From Takakia lepidozioides (taxonomy: Eukaryota > Plantae > Bryophyta), in the NCBI GenBank assembly GCA_030704615.1, contig CM060731.1:83638001-83702000 (forward strand): a stretch of 64,000 nt of DNA. Direction: 5' to 3'. Both the position numbers and the translations under genes were made by a program. Position 1 is the stretch's first letter. Every line of letters begins with the position of its first letter. This document shows, one piece after another, positions 13,975 to 25,029 of the stretch. The notes beneath the pieces are model-generated. The model saw nothing but the letters and a program-made list of their open reading frames with translations. It was not told where the DNA came from and searched no databases.

Positions 13975-14277
13975 GTTTCTTTCCTTTTTTTCCTGTTGTT
14001 TTTTAAAGGGAACACCTGGGAGCGACAGCTCACAAATCAGGCCCCTTAATTTGTAGTGAGAAGAAAAAATAACCTCTTTCAGAGTCGCTCCCAAATCAGG
14101 CCCCTTAATTTGTAGTGAGAGGAAAAAATAACCTCTTTCAGAGTAACCTCGTCGTGAAGGCTGACACCACCCAAGGGAAGGGGGAGAAGAACATACCACA
14201 GCCATCAAGGTAGCAAGATTTGACCCCAGAATCATCTGGGTGGCACTAAGTGCACTATCCAACTGAGCTACCAACTG
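13975..14277 (-). mobile_element. tRNA-derived SINE
   Basis: Minus strand has an A-box TAGCTCAGTTGG (14270-14259) and a B-box-like GGGTCAAATC (about 14227-14218). The body has a ~60-bp tandem duplication (about 14028-14145) and an A-rich tail at about 14007-13975. Confidence 0.6.
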
Positions 14278-14305
14278 TTGGCTCTCTATGAACGCAACCT
14301 GCTAA

Positions 14306-17300
14306 GACCCCGGTCGCACCGGGCTGCTAACGGATGTTACGTTAGTGCTAACTACTGCTAGCTTGAAAAATCATGGCACTGCCATGCTTGACAAATTTTA
14401 GCTCTAACTACTGCTATCTAATCTTAACTAATCCTTCGTAGTTTATGGCGACTTTAGCAGTAGCCCCCCCCCAATGCTAAACTGGCGCGCCGTTTCCGGG
14501 CAGTTGCCCGCTCCATTCTACGCAATTCGCCATTCAACATCCGCGCCATTCGCCTTCTCCTTCTCATTCGCTCCTTCTCGGGGAGGCATGTAAGGGCACC
14601 CCAATGAGTGCTGCGGGACCGCTTCCGGGAGATTGTCAAGATGTCACTCGAGCATGAAAGCAGGAACGTTGATAGCAAAGAAATCTTGTGGGACATCTTT
14701 GTGCAGGGAGTACAGAAAATGGTGGTCATATACAACAGGTGAAGTGGCAGGCGTTGTGGGGAAAGCAGCAGGGAGGCTTTTGTGTTTTGCTTTCCGTTGC
14801 ACTCCTGCATCATCCCAATGCAAGGTTGTTGTGGACAATGTGCCTGAAGCATCAGGTTGATATTGTCCAGGTGAATTTTCTGCAAGATTTTTTTCATTTG
14901 GGTTGTTGTCTTCCTTCTGGCACTTCTGGGCATGTGAGGATGCTATGTGAGGCAGGGCAACTAAAAGAGGCTCTTCAGAATTGAAGCCAAGGAAGCATTT
15001 CAGCAGATTCAGATACTTATGTTTGTCTCTTGCATGACTGCATCAAGATGAAAAGCCTGGAATCCGGAAAGCAGGTGCACACTCATATCATCCAGAGTGG
15101 ATTCAAGCCAACCGTTTCCTACACAACACCCTTGTAAACATGTATGTTAAGTGTGGGAGCCTGTGGATGCACACAAAGTGTTCCATAAAATGCCTGAACG
15201 CAGTTTGATCACGTGGAACATTATGATGGCAGGATTTAACAAGCATGTGTGTGGTAAGAATGCCTTGGAGACATATGAGCAAATGATAGGGGAAGGTCTG
15301 AAGCCCAACCTTTCGTTTGTGTTTGCAATGCATGTGCGAGCCTGGGAGTGCTGGAAAAGGGCAAAGAGTTCCTTGTGACATAATCAAAGCGGGAACCGTA
15401 CCAGATGTTATTCTGAGCACTAGCCTGGTGGACATCCTGGAATGCGATGATTGCAGGATACGCCCAGCATGGTTGTGGGATGGAGGCTTTGCAGATATAC
15501 GAGCAGATGAGGGGGGAATAGGTGAGGCCAAACCGTGTTATGTTCATTTGTGTTTGCAATGCGTGCGCAAGCCTGGCAGCCCTGGAAAAGGGCAAAGAGG
15601 TCCATGGAGACATCATCAAAGAAGGAATTGTACCAGATGTCATTCTGAATATTGCCCTGGTGGACATGTATGCCAAATGCGGCAGCATTGAGGATGCCAA
15701 GGTATTATTCAACAATATGGCTGAACGAAGTGTGATTTCCTGGAGCGTAATGATCTCAGGATACGACCAGCATGGTTGTCATAGAGCGGCACTGCAACTA
15801 TTTGAAGGAATGCAAAGGGAAGGCTTGATGCCGGATAGTATCACCTTCATATGTGTTCTCTCTGCCTGCAGCCATGTTGGCCTACTGGATGTAGGAAAAC
15901 GCTACTTTGATTGCCTGAGTCAAAGTAGATGCTATGGTGTGGAAGGCCTTGCTTGGTGCCTGCAGAATCCATGGCACTGTGGAGATGGCTGAACCTGAGG
16001 CAACCTCTATTCTCAAGTGGATGAACAGGATGTTGCGATTTATGTGTTGCTATCAAACATCTATGCTGCAGCTGGCAGGTGGGATGATACTGCAAAGATG
16101 TGAAAAATGATGGAAGTCGGAGGGGTTAGAAGGGAGCCAGGTCGCTGATGCATTGAGGTTGGCAACAGGGTGCACACCTTTCTTGTCGATGACAAATTGC
16201 ATCCCCAAATTGGGGAAATCCATGCTGAGCTGAGCAGATGAAGGAGGCAGGGTACGATGTGGCGGAGGTGCAAAAGGAATTTTCTCTCTGCCACCACAAT
16301 GAGAAGCTGGCCATTGGTTTTGGGCTGATCAGCACGGCCCTTGGGACGCGTCTCCATCTGATCAAGAATCTTCGCCCGGTGTGTGGTGACTGCCACAGCC
16401 ATCAAGTTCATGTCTCAAAGATTGTTGGCCGAGCAATTGTATGGGATGCCAACCACTTTCACCACTTCGAAGATGGTGTTTGTTCTTATGGGGACTACTA
16501 GTGAAACTATTTTTTTCTGGAAAGGTGCAAGCTGTGTATTGCTTCATGACGTGCGTATCTACTTCGTTTATCCACCATTTTGATCCTGAAATACTGGCTA
16601 TGATGCACTGTGGAAAGTCAGCCCATGATTGCTCCTGACTGGAGCAGATAACTAGTGAAGGGGGACTCCTGACTGACACTGGTGATAGGGATAGGAAATG
16701 AGAGTGTTGTTCTGATTGTCGTGTGGATGGTGGGGCTTCTTCAAAGTTTGAAGATGAAAGAGACTACAATTTTGAATGAGCATGATTCTTTTGAGCTTCC
16801 GTATGCATGAGTTTTTCAAAATTGGACATGTTTGTGCGTTTCCCATGGTACTGCTTGAAAGAGAGCCCTTGACTCTAATGAATGTTGCCAAAGCTAGCGT
16901 GTATCTCACCAAGATCTAATCCCATAGTAGTCAAGTTAGTTTGTATTGGGGTATTATGTTATTGCTTGATTCTTCATGAATCGGATTCGCAAGACTCCCT
17001 CACCATCACATCAGTTAAACCATGTCAGTTACTTCCATCTATTTTTTTGTGCATACGTTTGACTCCCATTGCTTGGTCATGAGGCACTCAGCAGGCAAGC
17101 CTTCCCCAGTTCTCCAAAACAAATGACTTGTGTCTCTGACAAATGTCTGTGTGTTCCAACAGTCCAACTTTTACTTGGCTATACTGCAGCTCCGCAAAAT
17201 GAGAATGGACTCACATCACCCGTCAACCCAGTGGAGCACATGAACTCCTTGTTGAATCTTGATGCAAATAAAGGTTTATGTACTCACACAGATTGATATC

Positions 17301-17743
17301 AGAAAGATTCCAATATCAAAGTCTGTGTTGCAAATGTGAATCTTTGCCCTTCACTGCCTTGGAGAAGCTCCACATAAACAGGACCACTATGCACAGTGCC
17401 ACACATTCTCCTCTAACGATAAATGAGAAAATTCGTGTGTGAATTCCCGTGTGAAAATCCCTTGCAGAACATATGAGGAAGCAGCTCGAAAGTGTTCCTG
17501 GCCATTTGTATCGTCGTTGCTCCTTTGGCTATGGCGTAAAGGAAGGAGGCGAGGGAAAATGACGAGAGGGAGTTGGGCAGGGGCAGACGAACTCGTGTTT
17601 TAAACTAACATTATGCACTAAAACATGTTAAGCTAAAACTTCGGTACGACAATGATTGTGTTAGTTGGAGCTCTTGTTACGTAAACAGCTCTGCTAAGCC
17701 GTTAGCAGGTGTTCTACGCTAGCAACCCCATGCGGCCGGGGCC
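14306..17743. mobile_element. Non-autonomous PIF/Harbinger-like Pack element enclosing a PPR-DYW pseudogene
   Basis: TAA on both flanks (14303-5, 17744-6). Imperfect TIRs GACCCCGGTCGCACCGGGCTGCTAACG and GGCCCCGGCCGCATGGGGTTGCTAGCG. Subterminal GCTAAC/GTTAGC motifs. No transposase. Confidence 0.7.
14930..16504 (+). pseudogene. PLS-class PPR protein with E/DYW domain (RNA-editing factor family), pseudogene
   Basis: P/L/S repeats (NTLVNMYVKCGS, IALVDMYAKCGSIEDAKVLF..ERSVISWSVMISGY, PDSITFICVLSACSHVGL). DYW motifs [36 protein letters not shown]. Many frameshifts and stops; terminal W codon is TAG followed by TGA. Confidence 0.92.
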
Positions 17744-18769
17744 TAAGCCTGCTCTTTATTTGCCATCCTCATCAATGTTTATGGAACATTTGACCAAAGT
17801 TTAATGTAATAAAATCAATATATGAGACAGCCCTTTTTTTTTATTTCTGAAGTTTCACGGACATGGCCACAGTCAGCAGGCTCCTTGGAACTGAACTGGC
17901 GATTATATTCAAAATTTTGGTGCAACGGCTGGCAACAATACTTAAATTCAGGTTGAGTTTTGGCGAAGTGTGAAACCAAATAAAAATTTGTGATGGCGAC
18001 ACTCTGATTTTTAGGATACAAATTTTGTGGCTCCAATATTGGAATATGAAAAAAAAAAAAAAAAAAAGGTCTGAACTGAACGCTACTTGCACAATGACCA
18101 AGGCAGCAGCCCATAGAATAAATGCTAAGACGAGCTGGGCGGTACATGTACGCGCTACATGGAAACTTAGACAGGCATCGTAGTGCAGACTCTGCAATAT
18201 CTAGTGGTGTACCTGTATAGATCTGGCTATAGTTACAAAATTGAGATCCAAAAATGAAGGCGCCAAGCCTATATGATAATGAAATGTTTTGGCTCCGTCT
18301 CCCTATGTACAGAGTTGTAGCTGGCTCCAACAAAGTATTTTCATCCCATATTTTTATATAACTATATCAATTCCATATTTTGTTTGTAGCTTTTTGGCTA
18401 TTTTTCGCCTAAAAAAAAGGGGCTGATATGAGGCGAGGTAGTTAGTTTGTTAGTTTGTATGTTTTGTTTTGCTTTGTTTTGTTTTGTTTTGTAGCGTTGA
18501 GATGTCCCAAACCGCGGGCCCAACCATGGTGCTTGGTACGGTTGGAAAGCCTTCCATGAGGAGGGGTGCACCGGCTTGGTCTCATGATTTTTGGACCTGC
18601 GGTGTGGGAGATGTCAAATTTCAAGTACTTTTGGTCGCTGGAAATTCGCAAAAAATAGCAAAGTGGGCTTTCCTCGAACAATGCTTGGAGCCTCGACAGG
18701 AGATATATCAGTAATGAATGGATATATTAATACTCAATAAATTCATGGAATAAAATAAATTGGGCCTTG

Positions 18770-19570
18770 ACATGGGAGTACTTGGATACATACGAGATTG
18801 CTTTTGGGCTCAGATGACACTAAACACTTGGGCCTCTATATGGGAGATGCACTTGGATACATGAATAGAAGATTGCACTTGGGCTTAGATGGGCCTCGAC
18901 ATAGGAGACGCACTTGGATACATAGGAAATTGCACTTGGTCTTAGATTTCAATTTTTCACACTTGGGCCAACGGCATAGGCTACACTAGAGGTCGCACTT
19001 GGGCCTCGACATAGGAGACATAGGAGACGCACTGGGATACATAGGAAATTGCACTTGGTCTTAGATTTCAGTTCTTCAACACTTTGGTCACTGGAAATCC
19101 GTGAAAAATAGCAAAGTGGGCTTTCTTGGAACAATGACCCAAACTACAAGGTCTCTGGATACATAGGGGATTGCACTTGGACTTAAATGACACTGAAAAC
19201 TTGGGCCAATGGCATAGGCTACCCTAGAGGTCGCACTTGGGCCTCGACATAGGAGACGCACTAGGATACATAGAAAATCTTACACTTGGACTTAGATGAC
19301 AATGGACACTTGGGCCAACGGCACAGGCTACCCTAGAGGTCGCATTTGGGCCTCGACATAGGAGACGCACTTGGACACATAGGGGATTGCACTTGGACTT
19401 AGATGACATTGGACACTTGGGCCAACGGCACAGGCTACTATATTCTTTGTACCTAAGCAAACATCCAACTTCATTTTAGTATATCAATTTCACACATGGC
19501 CTCGACATAGGAGACGCACTTGGACTTAGATGACGCTGGACACTTCGGCCAACGGCACAAGCTACCCTAG
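18770..19570. repeat. Tandem repeat of ~100-bp units built from CACTTGG sub-repeats
   Basis: Repeated CACTTGGGCCAACGGCAYAGGCTACCCTAGAGGTCGCACTTGGGCCTCGACATAGGAGACGCACTTGGATACATAGG...GCACTTGGACTTAGATGAC. A piece of 18625-18680 recurs at about 19080-19135. Confidence 0.85.
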
Positions 19571-20954
19571 TTCATCTAACGGAATAATAGATTGCGACAT
19601 TCATCCACACATGGAACACCCAAAAAACCAAAAGCATTTGAGCTCCTGCCCAAGGATAATGCAATAAGGTTAGAAAGGCCAATGTCCCATTTCTTTTCTT
19701 TTTTAAACGGTTGATGCATTGACAGGGCCGAAAAAATATAGAGAATGACACAATTCCACTAACTAAAATTGTCGGTACCGCAGTTGATCGTCTGATTACT
19801 AGTAAGGTTTTTTTTTTAAACAAAATTAAGGTTTGATTTAAATTAAAGAATTGGGACAGCAGCCCTTTTAAATCATAGGGGATTTGAAGCCAGATTCTAG
19901 CCTCCACTAATGATTTCGTTCCTCGATAGTGGTAGCAATTCTAGGGGTAAGAAGCAAGGTAAAGCATGCCTGCTCAGGTAAGGGAACAAATCGTAGAGGA
20001 CTTGGGATATTCTTCAAATGATTCTTCTGACTACATTGTATGCCCACAATCACAGATCATACATCCACACAAGTACATCCAACTTGAACACCAAAATCAA
20101 CACGTCTGGGCTTCAGTGCCCTTGCTTAAATAACCACACTATCCCTAAGCAACTTAGCCAGATGGCAGTCATTCGTTGGCTTTTCATATTTCTACCCTGG
20201 TGTCGTGACAGATAAGCTGTCAACAAGACATTTGCTTAATATAATACTAACGGTTAATATAAGACAAGATTACAGGCTCATCACTGACACATCCATTGTA
20301 ATAGCAGTTGTCTTCATCCCAACAGTACTCTGCCATTCATTCATTCATGGGGAATAAAGTCTAGTGAGGAATCTGGCCCTTCACACATGTGAAGCCAGCC
20401 GCCGCCCTTGCAAGCGAGCTGCTGCAAAAGATGTCCAAAGGTAAGCCTCAAGCAAGTGGGATTAAAAAACCAGGACAAGGAAAACCTTGTTCTGCAAGGT
20501 GAGCAAAGGACAAAACCTGGTCGCTGGAAAAACCCCAAATGCTTGGTGAATTGAGGCTAGCAAATAATACTACATCCAACAGGTGATCACCAATCCAATC
20601 AAAACCAGTCCAATCAATTGTCACCAATAGTTCTTAAAGATCTAAATCAGCAGGGGCCTCTGTATCACGTCGTTTACGAGGGGTAAGGACCACTTGTCGG
20701 TTTTCAACATTCAAGCACATAAGACCAAACTGCAGAACGAGCTGAGATACATGAACAGCGTCTAGGAGTTCAGGGGTGGAAACATGTTGGGGCGGCAAAC
20801 GATATTGTCGCTAGGAAGGATCTTAGCAATCAGATACGGTACTCCATCAATGCGAAGCTTGGCCTTGGAAACTTGCTTGTCAGGTTGAAGGTGAACAGAA
20901 ACAGTCTGACCCAGGGAAAAGCTCTTAGAATACACCACCTTGCGGTTGTAATGC

Positions 20955-23042
20955 TTGGCCTGTACATGGAAATCGAATGGAGGGCCTTCGCACGTCAAGG
21001 CGGCACCCGGTGCTTCGAAAGGAAAACCAGGTGCAGCGGCTTATGGCGGACAGAACGCGACCTTTGATGGGGCGTGCTTTAATTGCGGGGAGCCCGGGCA
21101 CATGGCCAAGAAATGCGCAAAACCCCGACAATTGAACATAACTCAGGCAACCACGGAGCTGTCCAAAGATTCCATCAGCCGCTTGGTGGAGGCGATGGTT
21201 GCCAAGACTGGCAAGGTAGGCAACTACTCTTGTGAACTTATCAGGAGACGGGAGCCTTGCGTAAAGGGAGTCAGTTAATGTTCGTGAGCGGGATAGGAAC
21301 TAACGTGTCGTTGTTGGTGGACACAGGAGCATCGCACTCCTTCATGACACCGGCAATGGCACGGAAGCTGGGGCTCCTGACAAGTGATGTGGGGGCCTCT
21401 ATTGAAGTGCGTTCTGCCAAAGAAGAACCACAACTGGCAACGAGGGTGGCGTTCGATGTTCCTCTTCAGCAGGGGAGTTAGGAGGGACGTGAGAACTTCA
21501 CCATTTGCGAGATCGATGGAGTGGATCTCATTTTGGGGATGACCTTTTTGAGCAAATCCGGAGCGGTCATAGATAGCCACAAGAGAATAGTCACGCACCG
21601 TGTGGGAATGGTGGCAAAATTTTACGGGTGTTGGAAACGCCCAACCTAGTGGGAGGGCGAATAAACTTGCTGACAACAAAGGAGTGGGCCGTGGAGGAGC
21701 CACACGAGCCCCAGTTTTTGCTTTACGTGAGACAAGTGGAAGAAGAAGTCGATAGGGAGCCGAGCCCAAATTGGATCAAGGGGATCTTGGAGAAATACCA
21801 GGATGTGATGCCGGAGGATTTACCAAGCGACTTGCCACCGCGAAGAGGAAGTGACCACAAAATAGAGGTGGTACAGGGATCAGAGCCGCCTACCAAGACG
21901 CCCTACCGGTTGAGCCATAGGGAGTTGGTCGAGTTGAAGGCCCACCTCAAGGATGGGACACTGCGGATGTGTGTCGATTACAAGGCTCTGAATAAGGTGA
22001 CTATCAGAAACCGGTACCCTTTGCCAAGGATCGACGACCTCTTCAATCGGTTGGCAGGAGCAAAGTATTTCAGCTGGATCGATTTACGCTCGGGCTACCA
22101 CCAGATCCGGATAGCGGAAGAAGATGAGGAAAAGACAGCATGCAGGATAAGGTATGGCTTGTACGAATTTTTGGTGATGCCTTTTGGGCTCACCAACCCG
22201 CCAGCAACCTTTAGCACCCTGATGAACTGCCTTTTTCAGGAGTGGTTGGATGACTTTATGATTGTGTACATCGACGACATCTTGGTGTACTCGAAAACAA
22301 AGGAAGAGCACCTGGAGCACCTCAAAAGGGTGTTCCAGAAATTGCGGGAAGGGAAGCTGTATGCCAAAATTTCAAAGTGCGAATTCGGGATGATCACGAA
22401 AATGGAGTTCCTAGGGCATGTGATTACACAGGATGGGATCAAAATGGATGACAGAAAGGTGAGGGCGATCTTGGATTGGGAACCTCCGACTTCGGTCCTG
22501 GGAGTGCGATCATTCCTAGGACTCGCCTCCTATTACCGAAAGTATGTGAGAAATTTCGCCAAGATCGCGGGGCCGCTGTCAGACCTTCTGTGTAAGTCCA
22601 AGGTATGGGTATAGAACACTTTTTGTGGCCAAGCTTTTGCCGAGTTGAAGCAGCGGATGGCGGAAGCTCCAGTCTTGAAGATCCCGGAGATCGACTGTAC
22701 ATTTCATATTCACACGGATGCGTTAGACTTCGCCATTGGGGGTGTGCTGATGCAGGATGGACGTCCAGTGGCTTACGAGAGTAAGAAGCTGAATGAAGTG
22801 GAGCGACGGTGGCCTACGCATGAGAAAGAAATGAAGGCAGTGGTGCATTGCCTTGAGCTTTGACGCCACTATGTTGGTTCCAACCCGGTGAAAGTATTCA
22901 CGGACAATGTCACGGTGAAGTATTTTGCCACACAGCCTAAGTTGTCCCCAAAACAAATTAGGTGGCAAGACACTTTGGCAGTGTTCGATGTGGATATCCA
23001 GTACAAACCGGGACGGGACAATATGGTGGCCGATGCTCTGAG
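20955..23042 (+). mobile_element. Ty3/gypsy chromovirus, 5' half (gag zinc knuckle, protease, RT, RNase H), degenerate
   Basis: CFNCGEPGHMAKKC; LVDTGASHSF; [36 protein letters not shown]; HTDALDFAIGGVLMQ..VAYESKKL..DNMVADALS. Contains stops and deletions. Confidence 0.92.
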
Positions 23043-23720
23043 TGCACACGTCATTCATCGTTATGGATGAACGATGGATGAACAATGGTTTAATGGGGGA
23101 TGAAAGGATATTCGACGAATGGTACATAGATGAATGTCGTTTGTAGATGAATGCAAAACTAAGATGCATTTTTGAGTAGTGGTTGCTAAATCCCCCCAGC
23201 TCTAGAGTGAACTTCTGCCCACTGGTGAGGGTTGTGATTGTCCTTTCACCAGCAATCAGAACTCGACATAGTTGCTAACACACAGTTGCAAAGAAGGTGG
23301 AGAGGCCATTTGGTGCTTCAAACTTAATTTTTTAATAACTGAAGATTCATTCCGACAAAGAATATTCTGTGCTACTGGAGTCGGCGTCCAAAACGATGGT
23401 AGAACTGTCTATGAAGACACTAGCCCTGCTTTGCACAAAACCCTCTCTGTTCAAAAGCAAACTAGGGGGAGAAGAGAGGAGACTAAATTCCGAAGCTGCA
23501 GCCTCCGTATAACATGACAATTTAAAATCTGCTTTCGGACTTGGGAAAAATTGCGGGTTTGCAAAGAAAGGGAAGAACCGTGACGACCTTGGGCTCCTGT
23601 ACACGCAAACAAACAATGTAAGTCCATATACATTCTGCTGGCCCAACTTGTGCAAGAAAGATGGAAATGGAAGGATGCGCCGTCGTGTCAGTGAAGTGCC
23701 ACAACTGAACTAGCACTTAC

Positions 23721-24706
23721 TCACATGAGAAATCGGAATCAACATCTAGAGCATCGGGCTCTTGCAGATCCTGCTCCACAACAATGTTCTCAGTCTTGGT
23801 CGAATGCGATGAACCCCCAGACAGAGGTGCGATGACTTGAGAGTAGAGATGCTCGTCCCCCTCCATCCCAAAAAAATGCCTTCCTGCATACTTGCATGCA
23901 TGGAAGGAAGCCCCTGCAACAGTGCAAATGGATCCACGAAACAAAGTAAGAAGCAGAATCTGAAGGCAAAGAAGTGCACCCAAGCAATGGAATCTGATTG
24001 GGTACCAACCTGTACCCATGGACAGGTCCACCACTTTCCCACCATGCCGGCTGCATGTCTCAATCAAAGTCTGCAAAGTCAAAGTCCCGAGCACCTCTCC
24101 ATGGAATGCCACCAGTGTTTTTCAATGTCTGGGAGGAGTCCACATAGTTGTGGATAACATCGGATTGCACAGGGTCGCATTCAGGGTCTATGTGAAGCCC
24201 CCCTTCCCAAACATCGAAATGGCCAACATGAGCAGAAGTGGTGTCTGGCCGAATTCGAGCAAGACAAATGGCCTTGAACACATGTGTCTGCAGCAGCACC
24301 AATGTTAGAAACGTTGTGAAGGGAAATTCCACGAAACAATAACACACAAAAAAGCCCAGGCGAGCACCTTCTGTCCGGGAAACTCTACATTAAATAGTGG
24401 CAGGGTGTTCACACAGGTCCAAATTTTGCGGATTTTGAACCCCGACGACTTCATGTAGCTGTGAAGCAACCGGCGGGATGCCATGTCCTCACCCTGGAAA
24501 ATCAAAAGCGACCCAGCGTCAGACAGAAACTTGTTGCTGAAAGAGAAGGCCCACTGCCAGTAAAGTGGATTATGAGCATTCCAGGCTGGAGTCACATCTG
24601 TGGGAATGATATCAGGCACTGGAAGCCCATCTGGGATGTCAAGGATAACAAGATCTGTCGTGTAGGGCTGCTGCACTCCATTCACCCAACATGGTGTCCT
24701 GGTCAC
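23721..24706 (-). pseudogene. N4/N6 (beta-class, N6_N4_Mtase-like) DNA methyltransferase gene, intron-containing, copy 1. Exons about 24706-24368, 24287-24010, 23913-23721
   Basis: Motif IV-like DLVILDIPDG, then FSNKFLSDAGSLLIF (LkxxGslxif), PWRGAR, and C-terminal motif X/I/II LQTLIETCSRHGGKVVDLSMGTG|ASFHACKYAGRHFFGMEGD. GT-AG introns in phase. Frameshift after RGAR; 5' part missing. Confidence 0.75.
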
Positions 24707-24787
24707 CTGAAATGAGGACAGGCAATCGTATGAAATAGACAAATTGCAGTGGAGACACCCGAACCAGTGATCGTTGCACCTCCCATA

Positions 24788-24813
24788 TTAAGATGTCATT
24801 GACGACACCTTAA
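24788..24813. repeat. 26-bp palindrome TTAAGATGTCATTGACGACACCTTAA
   Basis: The same palindrome occurs five times at 46309-46989. Confidence 0.85.
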
Positions 24814-25029
24814 TGCACCACCTACGCTCCCCCAACAATGCATAAAAAATGACCAGAGTATGATAGATGCGGCGGGCTCATCAGGGTGAGGAAAGAGCAC
24901 AGATGGTCCCATGTAGGTGACTTCACACCCACGAAAGTGGACTTTCTTGACTCCATCATACGGAGGAAGCTCACGTTGGCCGTTTTACGCTAGAAGTGCG
25001 GGCCCACAACCCTGGACACACACAACCGC

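Noticed and set aside
14208-14277. Functional tRNA gene
   Set aside because: A and B boxes are present but there is no convincing cloverleaf; a body and A-rich tail follow, as in a SINE.
14930-16504. Functional DYW editing factor
   Set aside because: Multiple frameshifts, in-frame stops, internal deletions and a terminal W-to-stop change.
20640-20955. Coding-looking minus-strand fragment (..LRIDGVPYLIAKILPSDNIVCRPNMFPP..)
   Set aside because: Short, no recognisable family and no supporting exon structure.
23721-24706. Bacterial contamination as the source of the methyltransferase
   Set aside because: It has GT-AG introns and is nested inside plant retrotransposon sequence with an in-frame empty site.
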